From the NCBI GenBank assembly GCA_043228905.1, contig JBHGNT010000005.1, positions 24,118,001-24,182,000 on the forward strand: a DNA stretch of 64,000 nucleotides. The letters run 5' to 3'. Positions 34,022-46,756 of this stretch are shown piece after piece. The notes under the pieces are model-generated. The model saw only the letters and a list, made by a program, of their open reading frames with translations. It did not search any database and was not told the DNA's origin. The translations under genes were made by a program, and so were the position numbers. The first letter of the stretch is position 1; each line of letters begins with the position of its first letter. The DNA is from Azolla caroliniana (Eukaryota > Plantae > Polypodiophyta).

Positions 34022-37000
34022 TGGCACGACAAATGCCACGGAGAATTGTAGGGATTGAACCCAAGACCTCATGGTCTCTATTGGGCAACCATAGCAATTG
34101 AGCTACATGTACACCCCCATATAAAAGGTCCACCTTCATATAGTGTAGATTGAACATTGGAAGTTTCTATCTTGCACACATTCTCATGCATTCTCTATTG
34201 CATGCATCCTCATGCATACTCTATTTCTACCTGGCTTACATAGCCTACCTTCTTGTATAAATACTCAGGTGCACCTTGATTCTAATCAAGGTGAACAACA
34301 CCAGTTATGGATTCTATAAGTTGAGTTCTTGTTCTTTTCCTCTCTCTTGTGTTCTAGTTTTGTCTTCGCTTTGCTCTATTATACTTGTGTGTGGCAGCAT
34401 CTAGGGTCAAATTTTCAGTTGGGAGACCGGTGCTGAGGAAGTGTGTCATCTCGTTTATCCAATCATCCTTGCTATCGGCCGATGGTGCGGTTGTGTCCAA
34501 CCCGCAAAGGTTGGCATTGGCTAGTTCATCGTATTCCATTGGGGCTGGTTCCCTCGATTCAAGCCGGCTCAAGTAATCTGCGACCGTATGTTGTACCCCC
34601 GGTCGATGTTGCGACCGCATGTTGCAATCCGGCACTTCAAGAAATCCACCACCTGCCAAGTAACAACCACCGTCGGCACGTAGCCCGACCACGCCCTCTT
34701 CCCATCCATATGTCATCGAACCAACCATCAGCTTACCGGACAAATTCAACGGCATGAGGGCGTATCTTCGCAGCTTCATCAACCAAATTCGGCTTATCAT
34801 CCGGCTACATCCCCAACGGTATGCTAGCAACTTTTCTCAAGTTGGTCTTGTCGGCACACTTCTCTCCGGGCCGGCACAAGTGTGGTTTGCACCCTTGATC
34901 GAGACGTCATCCCCTCTCTTAGAAGACTTCACCGCTTTCATTGAGGAGCTCGAAGTGACATTTGGCGAGACAGACTGGCAACGAATGGCACTCACAAAGC
35001 TTTATTCTTTCCAACAAGGCTCGCGTCCAGCCTTGTTCTATGCCTCAGAGTTCTGACAAATTGCTTGCGATGTGAGTTGGGATGACCAAGCCCTATGCGA
35101 CCATTTCCGTCGCGACCTCCAAAACAACGTCAAGACCCTTCTCTTAAACTTCCTGGAGCCCACATCGTTGTCTCAAGTAATCTCCCAAGTTGTCCAGTGT
35201 GACAATTGTCTATTCGAACTTCGTCAAGAAGAACGGTGGACTCGCGGGTCTCAGGCTTCTTCCTTAAACGCATCAATCGCTAGGCCCTAATTGTCTCCCA
35301 CGCCAACCTTACCATCACCCAGTGATAAAAATACCACGATGGAGGTCGATTTCCATACCCCGATGGAGATCAACCACGCTCGGTTCCAACCACTAACTGA
35401 AGCCCAACGCCAACATCGTCGGGACAATGGACTCTTTCTCTATTGTGGCAACCCTGGCCATGTCATCCGCCACTAGCTAGTGCGGGGCCCACGGCACCAA
35501 TTCCATCGTGCACGTCTTGTAGAGGTTCCTCGACAACAGGAAAACGACCAAGTCCGGTTGCAGTAGGAGCCATGCCGTTGGACGCTTCCCGTTACTCACC
35601 TTCTCCATGCTTCTACAAGTTCATTCCGCCATTAGGAGGGTTTTCTTGCAAGTAAGTCTTTGTTTTGGTTCGACTTCAATAAATTCTCATGCCTTGCTCG
35701 ACTCCAGAGCATATACTTGCTTTATCGATAAATCGTTTGTCCGTGCACATAATATCCCTACCGTCCGCACATCACAACCCATATCCATTGAAGCGATCGA
35801 CGGCCGGGTTCACTCTTCGGGGGCGGTTACCGAAGCCACTATCCCATTGGTACTTCAAGTCGGGGCGCACCAGGAGGAACTCACGTTCTATCTCATCGCA
35901 ACCCCCTGACATCCAATTGTATTGGGGCTATCTTGGTTGGAGACACAAAATCCGACGGTGGATCGGTGTAACCACTCCATCACCGGCCAGGGCACAAATC
36001 TTATTTGTCAAAAAGAAGGATGGCTCCTTAAGCTTACGTGTGGATTATCGGGGTCTCAACAAAGTTACGGTGCGTAATCGTTACCCCCTGCCCTTAATTC
36101 CAGTGCTTCTCGATCGACTCCGAACTGGGCATATCTTCTCCAAAATTGACCTTCGGGGCGCCTACAATTTGGTGTGCATCAAGCCTCGGGACGAGTGGAA
36201 AATGACCTTTCGGACGCGCTATGGAAATTTCGAGTACAAAGAGTTGCTATTCGGCCTTACAATGCTCCAGCTGTCTTCCAGCACATGATGAACGATATTT
36301 TTCGAGAGTATCTCGATCATTTTGTGGTCATCTACCTTGACGACATCCTAGTTTTTTTTTTCAATTGGGAGGAGCACACACACCCCGTCCGGTTGGTTCT
36401 CAACAAAGTCCAGGAGTATGGGCCCTTTGCCAAAAGTGAGAAATGTGAATTCGATAGGACCTCCGTCGAATTCCTAGGTTACATGATCTCACCTACCGGG
36501 ATGACAATGGATGAACGCAAGGTAGTGGCAATCACTAATTGGCCTCTCTCGATTCAGTTGAAAGAGGTACAACCATTTCTTGGTTTTGTAAATTTTTATA
36601 GACAATTTATAGACGGGTTCTCTTCCCTAGTACAACCTCTCATCCAACTTACCAGGAAAGATACTCCATTTCTTTGGACCCCCGCGAAAACAATGCTTTT
36701 AATGCCCTCAACGCAGCTTTTCTCTTCGCCCCCGTGTCTCAGCCCGACGACGATGGCACCCTGCATCCGGTCGCCTTCTACTCTAAAAAGTTTACAACCC
36801 CGGAAATCAATTTTCCGGTATATGACAAGGAGCTTGTAGCTATCATCTCGGCCTTCGCTGAATGGCGACCCTATTTGGCCGGCGCCCAACATCGTATTCA
36901 GGTGTTGACCGACCGCAAGAATCTTATCTACTTCACCACCACTCATACGTTGAATCGGAGGCAAGCTCGCTAATCATCTTTTCTTGCCGACTGCGACTTC

Positions 37001-38918
37001 GAAATCTTGTTTCGACCCGGCGTTCAACATGGGAAAGCGGATGCTCTCTCTCGGCAACCCGACTTTGCAGCACGCCTACGTGACGACACATATTCTCAAC
37101 AATCGCATTGTTTATTGCGGCCCAATCAACTCCACATGTTCGCAACCTATATGTTGCATGATGATTCCTTGCTCAACGAGATCACCCAAGCAACCATGTC
37201 GGACCATTTCGCTACTGAATTCATGGCGCGCCTCAACAACCCATCCTAGGAAATGCAAAGTTCAGATCTCAGTCATTTTACAACTCTTTATGTACCATCT
37301 GGCACATGTCGCATCCGAATACTACAAACTTGCCACAATGATCCTCTTGTCGAACACTTTGGGGTCGTGAAAACACTAGCGTTGTTGTCTCGGGGGTTTT
37401 GGTGGCCCCAACCTTGGAAATTGGTATAAGAATTTATCAAAACTTGTGACGTCTATGCTCGCTCCAAAGCGGCTCACCATCGTCCATACGGCCTTCTACA
37501 CCCATTTCCAATTCCGAGTCAACCTTGGGCATCTCTCTCCATGGACTTTATCACCTACCTTCCTCGGGTCGGTGACCATCACACGGTGCTAGCGGTCGTT
37601 GATCAGTTTTCAAAGATGGCTCACTTTGTCCCATGTTCGAAAACCATTTCGGGGGAGGAGACGGTTGACCTTTTTCTAAAAAATGTCATCTAATTACACG
37701 GCTTCCCTAAGGATGTCACTTTTGATCGAGGTCCTCAATTTATCTCCCACTTCTGGCGCCCACTTCTACATAAATTCGGGACTTCTATGAACTTGTCTAT
37801 CGTGCACCACCCTCAAACTGATGGCCAAACCGAAAAACTCAACCAAATCCTCGAACAATACCTCTGGTGTATAGTCAGTTACCAACTAGATGATTGGGTG
37901 GACTTCCTTACCATGGTAGAATTTGCTTACAATAATAGTATCCATGCCTCAACTAAGGTTTTCCCTATTCTTTGCAAATTACGGTTTACACCCTCGTTTC
38001 AGCAATTCCATTATGGAGACTCTATCAATGCGTCGGCCCAAAGGCGTGCCCACACCTTACAAGATGTCCATCGTGACCTCTCCCTTGAGCTCAGTGCCGT
38101 TGGCAAACAATATAAATCTCACGTTGACCGACATCTCTTGGTCGCGTCGACCTTCACAGTCAGTGACATGGTTTGGCTGCTATGTTGCCACTGTGCGAAG
38201 CTTGACTACAGAAAGCTAGGCCCCTTCCGTATCCTCGAGTGCATTAACCTAGTCGCCTTCCGGTTAGCGCTTCCCCCCACATTTCGGCTTCACAAGGTTT
38301 TCCACGTCTCTCTCCTCAAACCCTACCATCCTCTCACATTCCAGGACGACAACCTCCCGCCTGTGGAATTATCGACAGGTGAGGAGTACGAGGTTGACCG
38401 GATCCTCGACTCTCGCTTGCATCGCCGAAGACTTCAGTACTTGGTCTTATGGAAAGGTTGTACCCTCTTTCGGATGCCACATGGGAACCAGTTACACATT
38501 TACAAAATGCGCCGGAGGCAATTCACACTTTTCTTCAACGATACCCTCATAAACCGGTCGTTGGTGTTAGGAGGCGGCCTTAGAGGGAGGATAATGTCAT
38601 AGACATATGCCACGAAGGAAAGTAGGGATTGAATCCAACTTCATGTAGAGTAGATTGAACATTAGAAGTTTCTAGCTTGCACATATTCTCATGCATGCTC
38701 TATTAAATGCATTCTCTATTGCATGCATCCTCGTGCATACTCTATTTCTAGTTGGCTTACATAGCCTTATCTTCTTGTATAAATACTCAGGTGCACCTTG
38801 ATTCTAATCAAGGTGAACAACACTAGTTACGGATTCTATAAGTTGAGATCTTGTTCTTTTCCTCTCTCTTGTGTTCTAGTCTTGTCTTCGCTTTGCTGTA
38901 TTATACTTGTGCGTGATA
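34022..38918 (+). mobile_element. Chromovirus F (Tcn1/sushi-like), LTRs ~34022-34396 and 38595-38918
   Basis: Gag LPDKFNG..SFINQ..LLSGPAQVWF; LLDS protease; [20 protein letters not shown]; integrase; chromodomain EEYEVDRILDSR..QYLVLWKG; PPT AGAGGGAGGA. Inserted in E between RNase H and integrase. Confidence 0.9.
35539..35545 (+). promoter_or_regulatory. Putative -1 ribosomal frameshift heptamer (G GAA AAC) at the F gag/pol overlap
   Basis: Gag frame reads QENDQVRLQ*; the -1 frame reads GKRPSP and runs on toward the protease, as in PEG10/sushi-type elements. Confidence 0.65.
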
Positions 38919-41825
38919 GCATCTAGGGTCAAATTTTCAAGTGGGAGGCTGGTGCTGAGGAAATGCATCATCTCGTTATCCAATCGTTCTCGCTATCAGC
39001 CGATGGTGCAGTTGTATCCAACCCGAAAAGGTTGGCATCGGGTAGTTCATCGTATTCCATTGGGGCTAGTTCCCTCAATTCGAGCCAGCTCAAGTAATAT
39101 GCGACCTCATGTTGTACCCCTGGTCGATGTTGTATTAGAATTCAAATTCTTGGAGAAGCAACATCCATCGTGCCAGTCAACCGGTTAGTGCCTGCTTATT
39201 TACGAGATAGAGTAGCGCTGAGTGATCCACGTGGAACGTAAATTTTCGACCGAGCAAATAGTGTTGAAATTTCGTGATGTTGTAGATCATGTCTAGTGCC
39301 TCACGTTCTGTTGTGGAGTAGTTCTTTTCGGTTGTCGAGAGCCGATGGCTAGCATAGTAGATTGGGCGATACGAATTCAGAGGCATCTTTTGCATGAGGG
39401 CACTCCCAAAGCCCACATCCGATGCGTCGACTAAAACGTGGAAGGGTTGCAACCAATGCAGCAGTTGCACCACCAGTGAGTGTGAGAGCATTACCTTAAG
39501 GGAGCAATATGTATCTTCTTCTAGTGTCGTCCAACGAAATGGAACCCCATGTACACAGTCAATTGGAACGGTGTTGCAAACTCAGCTAGGTAAAGCAACA
39601 TTCTACTATGCTATCTAATTTGACCCAAAAACCAGCTGAGGGCTTTTGTTGTGGTCAGGGCTGAAGCATTCAGGATGGCATGCACTTTTTCGGGATCCAT
39701 TGCTATTCCGTTGCTGCTGACAATGTGGCCAAGTAAGGCTCTGCTGGACACGTAAGAAGCACACTTCGTTGGGTTTAGGCTTAGCCGAGCTTGCCGGCAT
39801 CCCTCTAGACAAAGGCATAACTGCCCGAGGTGCTCGTTCTTCCAGCCATACTCCTTTACTTTAGCCACGTAATTGGGATTCATCCAGTAGCGGCGTTGTT
39901 GCACGGGTCGTGCATCGCGCTGGAGGTGAATTTGGTGTTGGTAGTATTGGGGATCTAGCCCCTTCATGTCATTGTGCGACCAGGCAAAAAGATCTTGGTA
40001 ATCAGTCAACAGCCCAACCAAGGTTGATCGTTCCTCGGAAGCCAGCTCTTTCGTGATTTTAAGGGTGCGTGGCTCGGTGGGGGAACCGATATTAATTTCC
40101 TCTAGTGTGGACGCATTGACTCTCTAAGAGATAGCCAATTCCCAATCAAGCGCGTCGCGCGCATGTCGTAATTCTTCAATGGATTGCGAGTCAGGCTCGT
40201 GTGGATCCTCGTTCTTCTCAGGGGCCGGCTCGGATACATATGGTTCTACAGTCATGAGAACATTGATTTCAAACAAAGAAACGATCGTGGGGTGTTCCTC
40301 AAGGAAGTGGTCCATTTCTTCATCCGCGCGATCATCGAGCATGTGGACTCCTCCAGCATATAACGGGCTGGTATCGAGTAGCGTGACAACACGGATCTTG
40401 GTTTTTCCGTGGTGGAAGGAGATCATATTCCATTGCCAGTTAATGTTGGCCCTGCGCAATCATGGACGACCGAGCAGCATTGGATATGCACCTAGAGCAT
40501 CGAGGTGTAACACCACCACTGAGATGGTGAAAGTGTGGCCTCTGAGGATGAAGTCCAGGTGGCGGATTAATCCCATTGGTCGAACAGAACGGGTGTCCGC
40601 CATTCAGAGCCAAAACGGACATGGCTCCCATTGGGTGATGCCAAGGTCGTGACATGTAGCCTCACTAATGACGTTAACACCCGAACCTTCGTCGATAATG
40701 CAGTTGTGAACATCCTGGCCTTTGATGATGAACTTGACCGCGGGATTCTGGGAATCCATTAATGTTGGACCGGTGCCCGGCCCTGCCAAGTGTACTGGCA
40801 TGGTGGTTGTCTCTTTGCCGGTGGTGAGAGATGCTATCGTGTCCTGGAAACGTGGAAGCAGTTGCAGTAACTTATGCAAGGGCATGGAGATTTGGCAGCT
40901 TGTGAGGGCTTGCCACACAAGGTCGTCTTCATGCGCCCCAGTAGGTTGAGAGGAAGATGAGGTACCGATAGTCATATTGTTCATCTCGGTTTGGATTCTC
41001 TTGGCATTAGCCTGATTAGCCGTGTCAGCCCATTTTTTGGCAGCATGCCGGACTTCATCCGGAATTTCCCATTGTATTTTATGAAGGCGAGAGTAGTGCG
41101 GAGGGGCTCCCAGAGGCCGGCATGGAACCTGTCTTTTAAATTATTCGCGGAGACATCTTGGGTGAGTTGCCGATAGAGATCCTAGAATCAGATCGTGAAC
41201 TGAGAAACTGTCTCATCCGGTTCTTGTAATATAGCGTAGAACTGGAAGAGCAGTTCCCGCTTAGGTATTTCGCAGTAGCAAAGTTCGAGGGATTGAGTGC
41301 AAACGTCTTGAAACGTCGCAAATTCCCTAGGATCACGGCAAGAATACCACCGGGTCACGGGTCCATCGAGGGACAGTGTGAATTTGGCGATTTTGGAGGC
41401 ATCAACCTCCACAGTGGTGAGACGCTGCGTCGAATGGTCGGCTTGCCAAGTAGACACAAAAGAGCGGATGTGAGACTCCGCGTCAAGGACATCCATATTT
41501 AACGGGGATATGGGTAAGGCATGGTGTCGAAGTCTGGGTCTTTTGGTAACGCCAGAAAGGGGTTGAACTCAGCTTGGGTAACTTCGGGAGGACTCAAAGG
41601 TGCGGCAAGGTCAGGGCCTATGTGCGACTGTGTGTCAAGAGCCGCGACTGGCAAGTGGTGCGACTCCGGGGGCTCCGGCGATGATTGTTGTGTTAGTGCG
41701 GGGTCGGCAGTTTCCTCGGCTAGCATTGCACAGCAGGAGGGTAGCCAAGAACGTGTGTTGCGATTGGGCGCCGTAATGGCGGTTGTGGTTTCCACCTACG
41801 TTGTTTGTTGTATTGCACAGCGTGA

Positions 41826-41838
41826 ACCGGGTGTGCCA
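41826..41838 (-). promoter_or_regulatory. PBS tRNA-Arg(UCU) of element E
   Basis: TGGCACACCCGGT, complementary to the recalled plant tRNA-Arg(UCU) end ACCGGGTGTG-CCA; 5 nt from the LTR. Confidence 0.75.
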
Positions 41839-43584
41839 AATTGTGTTGTCTCTGCTCGGAGATAACACCATCGATTACTTCTAAGGTAATCGGGTCAAGG
41901 GGTGGTGAACAAGCAACCCAGGATTGCACAGGTAATTGATTTTTAAAAAAAACAGTCGGCCATAACCGGTCTGGTAAATTGTACTTGAAATTAAGATAGC
42001 AAATCCAATTAACACAAATAGATGCTTGAACATATTAGACCCACAAAGATAGATATATTAATATATTCAAATGCAAAGGTTACACGGCTCACAGCCGGAG
42101 TTCTCTTCTCATACAGTCAGATAGATAACAGTAATCTCCTCTAAACTAGGGTATCACTCTCCCTCGTTGTCTCCCTCTTTTTTGCTAATTCTGCGAGTCC
42201 TCGTTTTATAGCTTCCCTTTCTGCTTGGCACACTTCAGTCAATCCTTTATTCTCGACCTTCATTCTCGGTTCCACGTATTCCGTTATCTTCCTCATTCTC
42301 AGTTGTCATTTTTCACCTACGTTACCTACTCGTATCCTTAGATTCGTTTCACATTATATTGCTTTTGTCCCACGGATAACACTCGATACTATTTCTCTGC
42401 TAGCTAGCGATAACATGTATCTGCTAGTAGATCTTCTATATGCTAGGCGTCCTACCCAGACAATGTGTGTGTACTCGCTCAGTCCAATTGGCGCTAATGC
42501 GTTGTACCAAACTCCAAAGTTCATTGTGGACTTAACATATCTTGGGATCCTCTTGACACGATCTAATGAGGCTTTTGAGGGTTCTACATGAACTGACTCA
42601 CAAGTACCACCATATAGCTCAGATATGGACTGGTAATCATGAGGTAGCTCAATCTACCCACGATCTTCCTATACATGGTCGAGTCCTCCAAACTTGATCT
42701 AACATCCGCTTGGATCTTTGTGTTCTGCTCTAGAGGGGTGGATATCCCTTTGCACTCCACCATGCCAAAATTCTTTAGTAACTTCACGACATATTGATAT
42801 TGTGAGAGCCATATTGCACCTAGTGAGTGGATGATCTCAATCCCTAGAACTCTCCTCTATCCTTCCTCTTGAACTTTTCTTCAAGCATGTTCCTCACTTC
42901 CTCAATATGCTCCCCCATATCTCCTCTTATTATGAGATCATCAACATATATTACCATGAATAAGATGTCTTCTTTGTCCTTATGGACATATTATAAGAAG
43001 TGATCTGATGGTGACATTTGAAAGCCAATCCGTCAGCTTGGTGTACCAAGCCTGTGATGCTTGCTTGAGGCCATAAAGCACCTTCCACAATCTACACACT
43101 AGTCTGGTGTTTCTTTGTTTCTCATATCCTAGCGGTTGCTACATATAGACTTCTTCCTCTAGTTCCCCTTGAAGGAATGCACTCTTCACATCCATTTGTT
43201 GTAGATGTCATCCCTTACTTGCTCCGAAGCTCAATATTGAGTGTATCGTTGCCACTTTGCAACTGGTGCGAACATTTCTTCATAATCTATGCCTTGAGTT
43301 TGGCCATAGCCTTTCGCTACTAGTTGTGCTTTGTGCAAGCTTAATGCTCCAACAGCATCATGCTTGATCTTGAATACCCATTTGCGACCTATTGCTTTTC
43401 TACCACTTGGTAGCAAGACTAGATCCCATGTCTAATTTTGCTACAAGGTGTCCATTTCTTCTTTCATGGCTTATGTCCATTCTGGTTTTCCTCTAGCTTC
43501 ATCAAAGCTAGTCGACTCTATCTTTCCCATTAATGTGGCCATGTAAGCATATTTTTTGGTCATTTAACCATTGTATTTGTACCT

Positions 43585-44469
43585 CTATATTGGATTCTTC
43601 CTTGTCAGGGCTTTTGGGTCGGAAATCACTTCCTTGTCTTTCCGACGCACCTCTTCATCTAGCAAGCTCAACTTTACCCTTGTTAGGGACAACTGCTTTC
43701 CTTCCGTCCCGGCATTGCCCAGAGTGACAACTAGCATCTCCCAACTATCCGGGAGGGAACCGAGCAAGAGCAATGCAAGTACCTCGTCAGCCAGAGGTAC
43801 TTCAAGCGAAGTTGTTTGATTGATAAGCCCCTGGAATGCGTTCATGTGCTCCACCATGTTGGATCCGTCCTGGTACCAGAGTCTCACTAACTTCCGGAAT
43901 ACTGAAACCTGATTTACGACGCTTTTGCTCTCCAACATGGTGTTGATTTTCTCCCAGAGCACATGAGCCTTACTTCCTTAATTGAAGTTGTTGTACAGGC
44001 TCATGTCGGTGAAGCACCATATGTATGCCTTCGTCTTCATGTGCATCACCTCCCATGTCGTGGCATCGATCTTGTCTGGTTTCTTGTCCCCGAACTATAC
44101 CAACAGCCTGAGATCTTTGACCACAAGCATGGCCCTCATCTTCAAATTCCACACTGGTAGTTGGAGCCGGTGAGCTTGAACATGTTTCCGAATGACTCTT
44201 CTATTTTCTTGTTTGCTCTGATACCAGTTTGTGAGGAATAGTGCTCGGCCACAACCGAGACTCAAACACTTTATGAAGGAACAAAACAGAAATGGAGGTT
44301 CGTACACTTACACAGAAGAGACGACACAGGATGTTTACGTGGAAAGCCCTAATAGGGAAAACACCATGTGAGCCCATAGACCCCAACTATCACTATACGA
44401 GAAAGGAGGTACAACAAGAGACTCAGAGGCAATGACCTCGAGTTCTGTATCTTTGCCAACCGGCGACTT

Positions 44470-44535
<66 letters not shown>

Positions 44536-44817
44536 CTACTATAATACAACTCACAACAACAACATAAACAACAACCTTACAATTGATTGCCCTAAGTCAT
44601 ATTTATACTTATATGACTTTAAGACTATTTACAAATATAGCCTTTACAAGCACACCAGAAACATATTTGCATATATGTCCCTGGATCCGGTTCACACCGG
44701 ATCCATCCGGATACCTTTCAGTCCGGTCCAGTTGCTGGATCCGGTCATGTTCCTTCCTTCGTCTCGTCCGATCCGGCTCCTCCGGATCCCATTTGGAGGG
44801 GGACCGAATTCCCAACA
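43585..44817 (-). mobile_element. Ty1/copia element H (Tnt1/Tork-like gag), 5' LTR 44817-44230, PBS, truncated gag
   Basis: TGTTGGGAAT...ATTCCTCACA; PBS TGGTATCAGAGC 44226-44215; gag LWEKI..FRKLVRL.YQDG..ALLLLGSLPDSWE; (CT)n in the LTR. Confidence 0.88.
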
Positions 44818-46098
44818 TGAATATCTGACAAGGATGCACTTCTTTGCCTTTGCATCCAACTTGTTCTAGACTTCTGACAAAATATGCACATTTGTTATTA
44901 ACCTGAACACTCTTAGGTGTAAGAGGTTTGGTTTCCTCCCAAAGAACTTTTCCTATAGCGTGGTCTTCTACTCACATCTATTCATCATGTACTTTTTTTA
45001 CAAAACTTTTCCTACAAAGTTGTGATACATCTATTCATGATGTACATTGTTGTGTTTGTTGCTTCCGCCGAATAGTTCTTTGGCATTTTCTTGTCTTCCA
45101 TCATCGGTTGAGTGATGTTGAGAAATGTTTGGTTCTTCCACTTCACCGCTCTCTTCTGTTGTGGTGGATACCTACATGTGTGTTGCCATCGAATTCATTT
45201 CTTGTTCAAGAAGTCTGAGAATTCATTAGAAAAATACTCTCCTTCTTTGTCAGATCTGAGGCAGCATATCTACTTGACCGTGTCCTTCTCAACTAGACAC
45301 AGAGTGTTTGAAGTGTTTGAATCATTCACTCTTTAGCTTCATAAAATAAATCCATATTCACTTTGAGAAGTCACCTATGAAGGTGATGTAGTATTTCAGT
45401 TCACTAATGGATGAACTATTGAGCATCTCGTAGACATCCAAGCGTATTAGTTGAAGCACTCTCTCACTTTGGCTTCCTTCTTTTGAGAAGGGGTGTCTAT
45501 CTTGCTTGCCTAGTTGACAAGCTTCACATATCCACTCAAACCTTTATTCTTAAACCTTGGTCGTCTGTTCACCACGTTCTCTCGCAATGTTGTGCTCAAT
45601 GTCGCCATGCTGATGTGGCCTATCCGTTTGTGTCACAAGTATATGTTTGTTGGCTAATCATTTTGTGCGAACATTGCACTCAACATCCTCTGTGCATCAA
45701 CATCTAGAACGAACATTCGTCCTTCTCTTCTTCCTCTTGACATCAGCTTTCCTTTTCGTTCGATAAAGCATTCACTCTCATTGAACTTCATCTTCATGCC
45801 TTGTTCTACCATTTGGCCTACAAAGACTACATTCTTAACAATATTCGGCCACACATGAAGTACGTCCTCCATGTACTTCACTTCCCCTTTCTTGATGAAT
45901 ATTGGGATCCGCCCAATGTGCTCAATAGAGTGTGTCATGTTGTCGCCCATTTCTACGTAGTCGGGTCTTTCAATCTTTTCCAACCGTTCAAACCACTACT
46001 TCTAGCTTGTCATGTGGTTTGATGTGTCTAAGTCAACGTACCATGTTTGACTTCATTTCTCCTAGTTATCGTTGTTAGTGTTAAGTGCATGTTGCAAT

Positions 46099-46603
46099 TA
46101 GTGATGGGCATGGTTCGGTTTCGGTTCGGTTCGGTTTCTTTGCCTTCAAACCAAACCAAACTAAACCAAACCATTTATATAAAACCAAACCAAACCAAAC
46201 TATTTATGAGCTCTCAAGCCATTAAACCAAACCATTTAAGAAAAGGTAAACCAAACTATTTAAATCAAAACCATTTAGGGAAAAGTTGAAACCAAACCAA
46301 GCCATTTAATAAAATGTTTAAACCTAACCACATTAAAGCCAAACTAATTAAAAAATTAAATAACTAAAAATATACTAAATTAAATAAGCATTTATGTTTA
46401 ATTAATTACCTAAATTAAATTAAATTAAGTTAAGTAAATTAAATCTAAAGCCCAGTAAATTAAACCAAACTGAACTGTTTATTAATAATTAGAACCAAAC
46501 CAAACCAAACCAAACCATTTAATTATTTTGGAACTTATAAACCTTTAAACCATGGCTTAACGGTTTAGTTTGGTTTGTCACGATGAAACCAAGCCCATTG
46601 CTA
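46099..46603. mobile_element. hAT-type MITE
   Basis: TIRs TAGTGATGGGC / GCCCATTGCTA; 8-bp TSD GTTGCAAT / GTTGCAGT; subterminal AAACC repeats. Confidence 0.85.
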
Positions 46604-46756
46604 GTTGCAGTGTTAGTGCATTGTCATGTTCTCTACTCCACACTTCGACATTACTCTGATCATGGCACCCGATGGAGCACGCATCATAGTTTTTATATTA
46701 GTTGTTCACACTCCGTTCATGGGCTTGTTTGGTTGGACAATGTGCTTAGACATGTT

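Larger units (their letters stand above)
7805..42415 (-). mobile_element. Element E: Athila-like Ty3/gypsy, host of C and F; 5' LTR 42415-41844, 3' end lost
   Basis: LTR TGTTG...TAACA; PBS 41826-41838; gag ~41800-41000; PR (IIDEGSGVN), RT and RH ~41000-38919; integrase ~34021-32820; extra ORF 10462-~7810, rejoined across the AGAGT TSD of C. Confidence 0.8.
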
